A stretch of DNA of 64,000 nucleotides from positions 17,484,001-17,548,000 of the forward strand of contig NC_043001.1 in NCBI RefSeq assembly GCF_006345805.1. The letters run 5' to 3'. The position numbers and the translations under genes are program-made. Under the pieces are notes generated by a model that saw only the letters and a list, made by a program, of their open reading frames with translations, searched no databases and had not been told where the DNA came from. Below are positions 46,513 to 58,909 of this stretch, one piece after another. Every line of letters begins with the position of its first letter. The first letter of the stretch is position 1. This DNA is from Octopus sinensis. Taxonomy: Eukaryota.

Positions 46513-47832
46513 CACAAAATTTGAATAATCAATGACGTCTATTGAGGTGAAAACATTCTGTGCCGTATGAATATGTCCCTCGTTTAAGAAACAGATTGGA
46601 TTTATTTACATTTCTGAAGAAAAAAAGATACCCTTCCATCCACTCCTAACCCTAAAACAGATTGAAATGCAATAGATCGATACTAGGGTCATAATTATGG
46701 GTGACAATTTCATATGACACCTCTAGAAAAAACTGCCGTTCAAACCGAAAAGATCCAACGTCTCTACAAACGCTGAGAAAGTTTGGTTTCCCAACAAGTT
46801 AAATGAAGTCCTGATATAAAAGGCTGTTATTTCTATAAAAGCAAATCCTCCAGGAAGCGATCATACCTTTGCATTTGTCTGGGTGTAGGCGTTAATGAGG
46901 TCGTAATTCCCTAAATCTACCTCTGTAACACCCAAATAAAATAAATCGATATTTTACTCGAGGAAGAGGTGAGCATAGTATAGCAAGAAATAGCATAAGT
47001 AAGCTAAGGCTATAACATAAATTCAGACCCCAGAAACTATTTCGCTTCTCAAATCCCGCTAAATTATGTAGAAAGGACATGAGCATTATAGATACCTATT
47101 TCTTTACTACCCACAAGGGGCTAAACACAGAGAGGACAGACAAACGGATTAAGTTGATTATATCGACCCCAGTGCGTAACTGGTACTAATTCAATCGATC
47201 CCGAAAGGATGAAAGGCAAAGTCGACCTCGGCGGAATTTGAACTCAGAACATAGCGGCAGACGAAATATCGCTAGGCATTTCACCCGGCGTGCTAACAAT
47301 TCTGCCGGCTCGCCACCTTATTGATACCGTTCATGCACTCTCTTAAAAAAAACAGAACTTCTATATATGACCAGAAAAAATTTCCCAGACAGAGAGAGAG
47401 GAATAAAACATTTTTGAAAATATAAATTTTGTGGACAAGAAATTTTCTTTCAGAATAGTAATTCTCATTGTACGAGACCCAGAAATACAACTGCTTTCCC
47501 TATGAGAGGGATAGCTATTCGAAACCTCCACCCTTTAATGGAACACACTCTCTTGAAAGGATTCAGGCAAGGTCCGATCCGAGGACAATTTCTTCCCATC
47601 AATGTCTAAGGCCCTGTATAGAGTCCTTAGCGCTGTTCTTCGCCCTCTGACACTACAAACAAGTGCCCGTACTGCTGGTAACGGTTTTCACAAAGGTTAT
47701 ATGCTTAGGAATTAGCGATATGAGCGCAATATATAAGACAGCGAACAGAAGAAACTACTAAGTTTAGCGAGGACAGATTTAGACAACCAGATCAATCCCT
47801 CTCAGTAACCATATTCATAAGCACCTCTTTAA

Positions 47833-48222
47833 GGGCGGTGAGCTGGCAGAAACGTTAGCGCACCGGGCGAAATGCTAAGCGGTATTTCGTCTACCGTTAC
47901 GTTCTGAGTTCAAATTCCGCCGAGGTCGACTTTTCCTTTCATCCTTTCGGGGTCGAGAAATTAAGTACCAGTTATGCACTGGGATCGATGTAATCGACTT
48001 AATACCTATGTCTGTCCTTGTTTGGCCCCTTGTGGGTGATAAAGAAATAGGTATTTCGTCTGCCGCTGCGTTCTGAGTTCAAATTCCGCCGAGGTCGACT
48101 TTGCCTTTCATCCTTTCGGGGTCGATTAAATAAGTACTAGTTACGCATTGGGGTCGATGTAATCGACTTGATCCCTTTATTTGTCCCCTCTGTGTTTGGC
48201 CCCTTGTGGGCAGTAAAGAAAT
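47833..48222 (+). mobile_element. SINE family A dimer about 150 bp upstream of the PDHX-like ATG
   Basis: Head ggcggtgagctggcagaaacgttagc, plus a second unit after gaaata|ggtatttc. Confidence 0.85.
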
Positions 48223-48375
48223 ATATTCACAAGCCCTTCTCAATGTCAGGCGAGTTCTGAGCTAAGGGGAATAACTCTCGACTAACCTCCACTTGTCCCA
48301 ACTGTTCTCAGCGAAGGAGGAGCAGTGACCTTGGCACTCCAACCTGACTGACTTAACCTTTCTCCACCGAGGACA

Positions 48376-48502
48376 ATGTTGTTAGCTCATCTTCGGTTTG
48401 GTATGGGCCGAGCCCTCGGCCAGTTTGCCCGTACCATCAGAAACGAGCCTAGCTTGACCGTTTCGGCGAGGAGGCTGTTCCACCGAGATCGAACACTTCG
48501 TG
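48376..48502 (+). CDS. PDHX: PDHX-like exon 1: mitochondrial transit peptide (MLLAHLRFGMGRALGQFARTIRNEPSLTVSARRLFHRDRTLR)
   Basis: acaATG context and a consensus G|gtaagt donor in phase 1. Peptide is Arg-rich and acid-poor. It ends RLFH.....LR, like the WFHSTQWLRG end of human PDHX exon 1. Confidence 0.8.
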
Positions 48503-50291
48503 GTAAGTTCATTTATTTGGCTCACTCACTTGTTACTCTTTGTTAGAATAAGCAATCAATTAAATACAAAAGCCCTCATTATTGGCATTTCGATAAAGCC
48601 TGTTTAATGTTTAATATAATCGGATCTATTAAAGTGTAGAGTTGAGCGATCGCTAATACAAAACTGCTCTTTCTTTCAGATAATATTTCTCCCCTATTAT
48701 ACATACACCTGTTTCACCATTTGTCTGTTTCCGTCCTTTAATGTAGATATTATATATAGCCTCTCCGTGTCTCTATTTCTTGGTCCAGCTCTCTGCCTAA
48801 CTCTTCGACCGTCTGTCTAACTGCCTCTAGATAGGAAATACACAATTCACATAAAACAGACAGATCAAATTTGTTCCAATCCTATAAATGCCAAACGCTT
48901 TTGAACGATTTGTCCTAACCGGGAAGATCGTTCGGCGACTGGATACGAGAGAGGTCGAACTTGTGTTCACCTTCTCTGCATATTCTGCATTAAGGTAAAA
49001 AATCCAGAGTCTAATCTAACCCTTTATTCATCGTATATTAAGAAATACTGCTTTAGAAATACAAATATGTGTAAACGCAGGCTTGGCATCGCAAATGCAA
49101 GGTTATACAAACACTAAGAATGGAAACCTGTAATCACTCAAAGACATTTGCTGTAGAATAATCCACCGTATTCAAAACGGTTTAAACAATACCATATTAG
49201 TCTTTCGAATGAATGAAGGCAAAGAGTAGAATTATCAATTGATAAATGAAAAGAAAGGAATTAAAGGCAATGTGCTAGGAACCGGGTTTGTTAATGTGGG
49301 CGAAAAAAATTTCTCGGAGATCTACTTTATTAATGGGCATGGGTGTGAATAACGAATATAATCTAATGTATTTTTAAGAGGTATACATTTACAATAACGT
49401 CGGAAAAACTAAAAATTCTAGAAAGTGATGTCATTGTGATGTTGTTTTATAGTAGAATTATTATTATTTTTTTCAAATTATAACTTACTTTTAACTTTCA
49501 ATTCAATAATGTGTTAATATTCTCTCGTACAAGAACACAGTAGTATTTAGTGTGACTCTACTGACTTTTTGTCTCTGTATCATCGGATCCACTGTTCCGA
49601 AAGTAAAACAGAGATGTTCAGTGTTCAAAATACAGTGTGTGTTAAGAAGTTGTGTACAAAATAACACTTTTCATTTGACAATATTCGAAGATGTAAGTGG
49701 AGGCTTTCCAGACATCGATATAACTGTGGCTTAATTAATTAAGCATCAAATAAGGCTTAATTAATTATTCGGTTAATATGGAATTTAACACCCGGTCTTC
49801 AAAACAAACAAACAAACAGTCTAATAGGTGTAAAAAAAATGTGTAGAAAACGAATATGAAAACAAAACTTTGCACAAGCGAACGAGGTGGGAAGAGGACT
49901 TTGTTTTCTACACATTTTTTGTACACTTATTAGACTGTTTATTTTTGTTTGTTTTGGTGACCGGGTGTTAAACTATATATTAACCAATTATTCAATATTT
50001 TTACTCAATCCCAATGCGTTGTGTTATGTCCTAATTGTTATGACAAAACAAGGCCTTGTTTAAAATTCGCTTTCTGTATTGGGTGGGGCTATATTTCACT
50101 ATATAAGGTTAGATATACGCCAAGGCTAGTATGCTAGAGAACAAATATATAACAATTAAAATACAATGCATAACTAACTGCCCTATATTAAGAAGTTAGT
50201 CTGTTTGCTTACTCAGCTGTAATCCATCATGTCTTCGTGACCGCACAGAATGTTCTACCAATTATTTTGCGATACACACACACACCCACAC

Positions 50292-50336
<45 letters not shown>

Positions 50337-51094
50337 CATGTCAGTGGTATTGTTACCTCTGAGATATGCTGTGACTGCGAAGACCCGACAAATGAACTGA
50401 GTTCATGGCTCGCAGGACGGCCTGCTGTGATAACCTTGGATCGTAGGGCGACCTGCTGTGCTTGAGGAAACCTACTGAGTCAAGTACATCAAAATAAAAA
50501 TCAAATGGAAGTTGTAGTTCTGATACCCGTGCAGGAGACACGTAAAAAGCACCATCCGAACGTGGGCGATGCCAGCGCCGCCTTGACTGGCGTCCGTGAT
50601 GGTGACACGTAAAAAGCACCAACCGATCGTGGCTGTTTGCCAGCCTCCTCTGGCACCTATGCCAGTGGGACGTAAAAAGCACCGACTACACTCATGGAGT
50701 GGTTGGCGTTAGGAAGAGCATCCTGCTGGCTTCCCAGACCCCAGTCGAGCCGTCTAATTCATGCTAGCATGGAAAACGGACGTTAAACGATGATGATGAT
50801 GATGATACTGCTAGCATCTCTGTAGCCTCACCAACTTATGCACCTCTTCACCACTGTGATACATCTAATTTACTCTCAACCCCTTTCCTAAATATGAGTT
50901 GCTATGTAGCTCCTTTACAAGAACCTGCTCTACTCCAACACTCCCTGGGTTTGTTGACATGGTGACCTCAACTGTGACATGCAAAAAAGCCCCCAGTATA
51001 TACTGTAAAGTGGTTGACATTAGGAAGGGCATCCAGCTGTTGAAACCATATCAAAGCAGATACTGGTGTTTGATGCAGTCCTTGACTCATTGTC

Positions 51095-51215
51095 AAACGC
51101 ATGTCCTCTGCAGTCACGGCCCATGTTTCACTGCTGTGAAGCATGGCAGTTTGCACACATGCATCGTACAATCTAGCTTTCACTCTAAGCAAGAGACCCT
51201 TTGTCACCATTAGGG
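51095..51215 (-). mobile_element. RTE-type LINE RT fragment
   Basis: VTKGLLLRVKARLYDACVQTAMLHSSETWAVTAEDMR. Confidence 0.75.
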
Positions 51216-51810
51216 GTAGAAGCTTTAGTTTGAAATATTACTTCCACATTCTCATCTGATTGTGGAAGCTAGGATCGCCCCATCCTTTTAAGGAATGCCA
51301 CCAGTATTCAATAACTAAAAGCAGTGACTATCATCATGAAATTTAGGAGTGTTGTCTTAAACTAAGATCTTAGACACATTATTCATCATCGTCATTATTC
51401 TGAGAGAAAATTACTTGTAACATTGTACTTATTGTTTTAATCATTGAACTTTTATGAAGTTCTAACAATTTCTAGTCAGTGATAATCATGTATAGTACTC
51501 TTTCATTCTTATTAGAAATTATAAAGCATACCATTTGTTTCTTTTCCTTTGAAAATCACTAAACAGACTGATTCAATTATTGCTCAGGAAACATCATCAC
51601 TTATGCATTTGGTTACGTGGCTTAGAAGGAACCATTTCCCAGCACCATTCATTATTTGCAAATCTTCAGCAAAATCATAACATCTATAGTTCTTTCTGAT
51701 TCTAGAAGTGTTCACCCATCAGAAAAGGTTTGTATGAATCAGTGTGTAGAAATAGCAGTCAAATCTCCCTCAAATTACACTCTGTCATTTTAAAATTCGA
51801 AGAACACTCA

Positions 51811-52200
51811 TAGGCGCAGGAGTGGCTGTGTGGTAAGTAGCTTGCTAACCAACCACATGGTTCCGGGTTCAGTCCCACTGCGTGGCATCTTGGGCAAGTG
51901 TCTTCTGCTATAGCCCCGGGCCGACCAATGCCTTGTGAGTGGATTTGGTAGACGGAAACTGAAAGAAGCCTGTCGTATATATGTATGTGTTTGTGTGTCT
52001 GTGTTTGTCCCCCTAGCATTGCTTGACAACCGATGCTGGTGTGTTTACGTCCCCGTCACTTAGCGGTTCTGCAAAAGAGACCGATAGAATAAGTACTGGG
52101 CTTACAAAGAATAAGTCCCGGGGTCGATTTGCTCGACTAAAAGGTGGTGCTCCAGCATGGCCGCAGTCAAATGACTGAAACAAGTAAAAGAGTAAAGAGT
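51811..52200 (+). mobile_element. SINE family B, full length
   Basis: ggcgcaggagtggctgtgtggt head to gtaaaagagtaaagag tail. Confidence 0.88.
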
Positions 52201-52742
52201 AACACGGTTGACAAAATATCAGGATGATCATGACTGGAATGCTTTTTTGGTTATAGGTTTACACAGTTTGAGTTGATCTAAGACTGAATAACAACATTAA
52301 CAAAGATGTGTGTGTGTGTTAGAGAGAGAGAGACAGACAGACAGATGTCAGGTTTCTTTCAGTTTCCATCTACCAAATTCACTCACATGGCTTTGGCCAG
52401 CCCAGGCTGCAGTAAAAGACATTGCTCAAAGTTGTGTAGAATGGGATTGAACCCAAGACCATTTGGTTTGGAAGCAAGTTTCTTAACTACACAGCCACAT
52501 AGTTACATTCAATGTATATTTGGTCTACTAATATAATTTCAAATCAAACTCCAAGAGAAAACACAAGAATTGTGATTTTGTCTGATTTAATTCTCTTTTA
52601 GCCAGGATTATGCTTGCTGTTCATTGTTCTGTTATGAGTTAGGTTAATCTTCTTGTATATTTATATTTATCTTATAATGCCGATGGCATGTAAAAAGCAC
52701 CCACTACACTCTTGAAGTGGTTGGTGTTAGGAAGGGCATCCA

Positions 52743-53780
52743 GCTGTAGAAACTCTGCCAGATCAAGATTGAAGCCTGGTGCAGCCATCTGGCTCACCAG
52801 CCCTCAGTCAAAATCGTCCAACCCATGCTAGCATGGAAAGTGGACGTTAAACAATGATGATGATGATGATGATGTATTTCTGAAGGCAGCAAGCTGGCAG
52901 AATTGTTATCATGCTGGAAAAAAATGCATAGTGGCATCACTAGTGTACCTCCCAGGGCAGCCCTTCTGTTTGCCACTCCCAGACCCCACAAAAATCACAT
53001 ATTACCTACAGCAGACCCAAAAGTGGTGCCCCTTTAAAAGTGCTGCCCCTACTGTCCCTAGCTATGCCAGTGAGTGGCATTTCTTCTGACTTTACATTCT
53101 GAGTTCAAATGCTGCTGAAGTCGACTTTGCCTTTCATTTTTCCGGGGTTCGAGCAAGGTTGTTGCCAGTGCCGCTGGCCCTTGTGCCGGTGGCACGTAAA
53201 AGCACTCACTACACTCTTGGTGTGGTTGGCGTTAGGAAGAGCATCTGGCTGTAGAAACTCTGCCAGATCAAGATTGAAGCCTGGTGCAGCCATCTGGCTC
53301 ACCAGCCCTCAGTCAAAATCGTCCAACCCATGCTAGCATGGAAAGTGGACGTTAAACAATGATGATGATGATGATGATGTATTTCTGAAGGCAGCAAGCT
53401 GGCAGAATTGTTATCATGCTGGAAAAAAATGCATAGTGGCATCACTAGTGTACCTCCCAGGGCAGCCCTTCTGTTTGCCACTCCCAGACCCCACAAAAAT
53501 CACATATTACCTACAGCAGACCCAAAAGTGGTGCCCCTTTAAAAGTGCTGCCCCTACTGTCCCTAGCTATGCCAGTGAGTGGCATTTCTTCTGACTTTAC
53601 ATTCTGAGTTCAAATGCTGCTGAAGTCGACTTTGCCTTTCATTTTTCCGGGGTTCGAGCAAGGTTGTTGCCAGTGCCGCTGGCCCTTGTGCCGGTGGCAC
53701 GTAAAAGCACTCACTACACTCTTGGTGTGGTTGGCGTTAGGAAGAGCATCTGGCTGTAGAAACTCTGCCAGATCAAGATT
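52743..53780 (+). repeat. Near-exact 505-bp-period tandem duplication between family C copies
   Basis: 52743-53275 matches 53248-53780; identical ORF translations at 52794 and 53299. Confidence 0.9.
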
Positions 53781-54374
53781 GGAGCCTGGTGCAGCCATCT
53801 GGTTCGCCAGCCCTCAGTCAAACCGTCCAACCCATGCCAGCATAGAAAGCGGACATTAAACGATGATGATGAGGATGATGATAAAATACGTACTAGTTGA
53901 GCAAAGAGGTCAATGTGATCGACTTACACCACTCCCCTGAAATTGCTGGCTTTGTGCCAAAATTTGGAACTAATATGAAATGCATGTTATTGTTTAACCT
54001 CAGGTCAACTATGATCAAACAGACCTCTAATAAAAGGCTTTCCTGTGGTGCCCATCCATCTTTTTCACAGACCTAGACCTACAGTATTCAGTGTGTATGT
54101 GTACTTCATTTCATAATGACAGTAGGAGTTATTTCAAGGAAAAGTGGCTGCTATTTCTAGCATGTCTAGTCACCATGTAGATGCGTCCCATTCAGCTTAT
54201 AGAATTTATAGTTAAATGTGTGGTGTGTGTTAGTAATGAGACAACGATGTGACACTCTAACGAGGGAATCGTTGATGGCAGGACACTGTGACAAAGATAG
54301 AAATTAATTTCAGATTATGCCATAGAAACAGGTCTGTAGTGTAAACATTACAAAACCACATACTTAACATATGT

Positions 54375-55124
54375 ATATTATTTACATTATTTACATTTGA
54401 CGGATATTTGTCCTCATCTTGTTTGTTGTTAACACAACATTTCGGCTGATATACCCTTCAGCCTTCTTCAGGTATCTTGGGGTTCTCATTCCTAAGGTAT
54501 TCTTCGATGTTATTATTATTATTATTATTATTCTGTTAGACTTTTGCTTTACATTTGCACAAGCTGGCTCCAAGTCTCACCCAGAGACCTCAAGAGACAA
54601 CAGGTTGGAAGTTCATGTTGGTGTTATACCTAGTGTGCCATATATTTGGTTTTGTACTTAGTGTTGTACTAGTGAATGCCTAAAGAACCATACAAAAATT
54701 ATGTTTGTTTTAAAACTTGAGATTACATAGAAAGTATTTTGCGTAGGATATGAGCAGTTCCCATGAGCACTATCTTTTGAATTTCTGCCATTTTGGGGTT
54801 TCCTGGTATCTGAGCTAGGTAGGAATCAGCCCCTTTTGCTATCATTCCCGGGGCACCTATGACAACAGGTATTGTTTTAGTCTTCAGGTTCCACATTTTG
54901 CTGATTTCTATTTCCAGATCTTTATATTTGCTCAGTTTCTGGTAGGTCCTGACAGATACGTTTATATTGATTGGGACAGTCATATCAATGAGGATTATTA
55001 TTATTATTATTGTTATTATTATTATTATCATCATTATTATTGTTCAGATCACTGCTTGGAATCGAACTCGGAATCTTGGGGTCAGTAGCCCACGCTCTTA
55101 ACCACTACGCCATATGCCCGTGGG
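54375..55124 (-). mobile_element. tRNA-head/(AAT)n/hammerhead element with a nested LINE fragment
   Basis: Head 55042-55124, (AAT)n, insert 54531-54995, (AAT)n, pLTR-like part with hammerhead at 54431-54476 (GAAAUGUU variant). Confidence 0.8.
54531..54995 (-). mobile_element. 5'-truncated R4/Dong-like LINE (restriction-like endonuclease C-terminus + 3' UTR)
   Basis: ILIDMTVP...QKLSKYKDLEIEISKMWNLKTKTIPVVIGAPG...IQKIVLMGTAHILRKILSM*, bounded on both sides by (AAT)n. Confidence 0.8.
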
Positions 55125-55236
55125 CTGGAGGGTATATCAGCTGAAACGTTGTGTTAACAACAAACAAGATGAGGACAAATATCCGTCAAATGTAAATAAT
55201 GTACATAATTCCTCATCTCTTAAATATAGAACTGTA
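55123..55236 (+). mobile_element. Inverted 5'-truncated copy of the hammerhead pLTR (3' half only)
   Basis: Starts at stem II (ggctggagggtatatcagctgaaacgttgtgtt) and lacks CUGANGA. Confidence 0.8.
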
Positions 55237-55651
55237 TTATTATATGTATGTTGTTTAAATGCCAGGAGCTGTGGTTAGTCATCCAGAGAAAACCCTTCAA
55301 AGATGTACAGTGCTAAAAATACACAGTATACTTCAGATCTTGCAAAACAAAATCACCCTTGAAGGTATCACACAAAAGTGGTAGATACGTATTTCACCGT
55401 AATTGCAGAATGTCAGTACTATACACTCAAAGTCACTTTTGAAATGAAATTGAAACTGCTAGTCTGAAGTATAAACACGTTGTGTATAAACTATTTGCTG
55501 ATTTGCAACGGTTTTTGCACAAATAGAATGAAAGAAGGCCATGCAATACAAGCAGCTCTATAATGTAAACATCACCGATACCACATGCCTAACTCTTTAG
55601 CACTTAAACCAGTTATATCCCGCCAAAATATTTTACCTGTTTTATGTTTTA

Positions 55652-56048
55652 CTAGCAGTATCGCCCGGCGTTGCTCGGGTTTGTAAGGGAAATAACTATA
55701 TAAGCATTTTTAGAGATGTAAAGTATAATAGCCATCTCATTATGGCTAACCACAAAGGGGGGAGTGTTACTGTAGCTTTTTACGTTCTGAGATTTAATAA
55801 TAAATTTTTAGAGAGTTACTTCCCTTATATATGCCAAAAATGCATTAAAAATGTGAAAAAATGATGGTAAATTATTTTTTAAATCGTAGACTCATCGTAG
55901 ACGCGCGCTAATACCCAGAAGGGCTTGATATGAATCACGACTATAAGATACCCAGTTTTAGTTAGACTGCACCGCAAAATGTGGGAGTAGTTAGGAATCT
56001 AAATCGTAGGAGACAGACAGCACACAACCTCTCTTTTATATATAAAGA
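55652..56048 (-). mobile_element. Helitron family H1 nested in a piggyBac-like MITE (55589-56222)
   Basis: A|TC and CTAG|T termini on the minus strand; the host MITE halves rejoin. Confidence 0.8.
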
Positions 56049-57892
56049 TGTTCAAACTGGTAAGATCCAGTCTCTCATATCTAGCTTACATTGTCATTCT
56101 CAAAAAAAAAAACTATCGTATCATTGAAATCTCGAAGCTATGAGATAATGCATGATTAATTCAAGACAATGTGAATAATTAAACATTACGTTTGACAGAG
56201 TAATCTTAATGCTAAAGGATTAATGTACAGTTTCTGTAATTCATCATCATCATCATCATCATTTAACATCCATTTTCCATACTGGCACAACTTGGATGGT
56301 TTGACAGGAACCAACCAGCTGGAGAGCTGCACCAGGCTCCAACTCTCTCTTTACTCTTTTACTTGTTTCAGTCATTTGACTGCGTCCATGCTGGAGCACC
56401 GCCTTTAGTCGAGCAACTCGACCCCAGGACTTATTCTTTTTGTAAGCCCAGTACTTATTCTATCAGTCTCTTTTAGCCGAACTGCTAAGTGACAGGGACG
56501 TAAACACACCAGCATCGGTTGTCAAGCAATGCTAGGGGAACAAACACGACAGGCTTCTTTCAGTTTCCGTCTACCAAATCCACTCACAAGGCATTGGTCG
56601 GCCCGGGGCTATAGCAGAAGACACTTGCCCAAGATTCCACGCAGTGTGACTGAACCCGGAACCATGTGGTTGGTTAGCAAGCTACTTACCACACAGCCAC
56701 TCCTGCGCCTGTCTATTTTGGTGTGGTTTTGATGGCTAGATACCCTACCTAATGCCAACCACTTTACAGAGTGAACTGGCTGCTTTTATGTGGTACCAGT
56801 GCTACTACAGGGTGAGGCAGAGATGACAGACGTTTTTGAAATGGCTATTACTCAGCCCGAGGGGAGGGAACATATGTCCAACAGGTACCATTTGGTCCAT
56901 GGTGCCTTAGCATTTATTTTTCTTCTCAGGTGAAGTCATGGTGCTGGGGACGAGAGAGCATCACGTGTTTGCCCACAACAGTTACATGGCACCAGCATGG
57001 ATCCTTTTTTACATGGTATTGGTGTGAGTGCTTTTCACAAGGAACCAGCACAGGTGCATACTGCATGATGCTGGCATGGGTGCTTTTTATAAGGAACTGG
57101 CACAGAATGTGACACCATTCGAAAAATTATTTTGAATGTCTGAGAACCTGATTGAGAGGTAAATAACTAAGCTTAAAACAGATTATCAGATTATCCCAGG
57201 ATGCAGTGGGATCAAATGAACCTTGTAAAATTCTAAGGATTAAAGGAGACAATTTGCTGATTATAAATCTTAGTTTTTTTACTGCTTGAGAACATTGAAA
57301 CCATTCACAATTATTGTTTTAAATGCAGAAAGCATTAACTAGTGAGTTCATGTTTTTAGAAGTATAATTACACTCTCGGAGTGGTTGGCGTTAGGAAGGG
57401 CATCCAGCTGTAGAAACTCTGCCAGATCAAGATTGAAGCCTGGTGCAGCCATCTAGTTCACCAGCCTTCAGTCATTCGTCCAACCCATGCTAGCATGGAA
57501 AGTGGATGTTAAACGATGATGATGATGATGAATTATTACCTCCACCTTAGCAAAGGCAGAGGTATTGTTTTCGGTCATGTTTGTTTGATTGTCTGTTTAT
57601 TTGTGGACATGATATCTCAAGAACTGCTGAATGGATTTGGTGTGGGTGTTGCCTTGGTGGAGGTTTGTGCTCTCTGAGAGTTATTGTTAAGATTAGATTC
57701 AAACACTCACTGCTCTTAGAAGTTGGATGCCTATTGCAAAGTAAAGTAGGTATTTATAAGACAAGTTTGTATAGTGACGATACATATATTTGTTTGTATT
57801 GGAGATAAGTGTGTAAATATAGACACAAGTAAAATGCAGTTGAGTTGCTTTAACAAAAGTACAAAAACATGAATACAAGTACAGGCATATAT

Positions 57893-58125
57893 ATTTCTTT
57901 ATTGCCCACAAAGGGCTACACATAGAGGGGATAAACAAAGACAAACAAAGGGATTAAGTCGATTACATCAACCCCAGTGCGTAACTGGTACTTTATTTAT
58001 CGACCCCGAAAGGATGAAAGGCAAAGTCAACCTCGGCGGAATTTGAACTCAGAACGTAACGTCAGACGAAATATGGCTACGCATTTCGCCTGGCATGCTA
58101 ACGATTCTGCCAGCTCGCCGCCTTA
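57893..58125 (-). mobile_element. SINE family A, full length
   Basis: Head to tail match. Confidence 0.85.
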
Positions 58126-58853
58126 ACAGGCATATAGTTAAAAAGGTTGTTTTGAAATTGTAAATCCTTCTGCACAGCACCTGGGTAAAGTGTCTTCTAC
58201 CTCAAGGCAACCCAAGCTTTGTAAACGATATTCAGTGAAATAGTGTAAAAGACCCATGTTCTTAGAATTTTAGATTTAATTCATAGCTCAGTTTAACGCA
58301 GCTACTTGACTCTTGGATGCTTTTTAGTAAATCAATTCTGATGCAAGCTTTTGTACCTATTGTCCCATCTGAAAATTAACACCTATTTTCCCTCTGCCAG
58401 TTTTCGATGCCCTCAAAAAATGCTTATGGTCCTTTCTCTTTCTTCTAACCACAAACAAACAGAAATGCTGTTTTCTTTCCTTTTCTCACCTGAGAAGGGA
58501 CATGATCTTTATGCTCCTTCTGTTTGATTACATTTGCTGAAATCCCTCGAGGTTATTTGAAACTTGTTCCCTTATGTAAGAAGACAGGTATATGCAGGTG
58601 AGGAATATAACAAACATTTGAGCTTTTACCGTTTGCTTCTTTTAGTCATTAGACGATGGCCGTGCTGGGGCACCACCTAGAATTTTTAGTCAAATGGATT
58701 TACCCCAGTTCTTATTTTTAAAGCTTGGTACTTACTCTATCAGTCTTATTTGCTGAACCACTAAGCTACAGGGATGTAAACACCAACATTGGTTGTCAAG
58801 CAGTGGTGGGGGGAGAAACAAATGCATATACTCATGCACATACACATGCCAAT

Positions 58854-58909
<56 letters not shown>

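Noticed and set aside
46750-47830. A divergent gene such as APIP (head-to-head with PDHX in vertebrates), or an LTR starting TGTAACACCC at about 46924
   Set aside because: No recognisable minus-strand exon, and no second LTR, PBS or PPT.
51532-51701. Minus-strand 170-nt segment between AG and GT with a single in-frame TGA (possible selenocysteine exon)
   Set aside because: No recognisable selenoprotein motif, no partner exons or SECIS found; expected by chance.
56930-57112. Strong-looking acceptor followed by a 60-aa ORF
   Set aside because: It runs into degenerate family C monomers and the peptide is unrecognisable.
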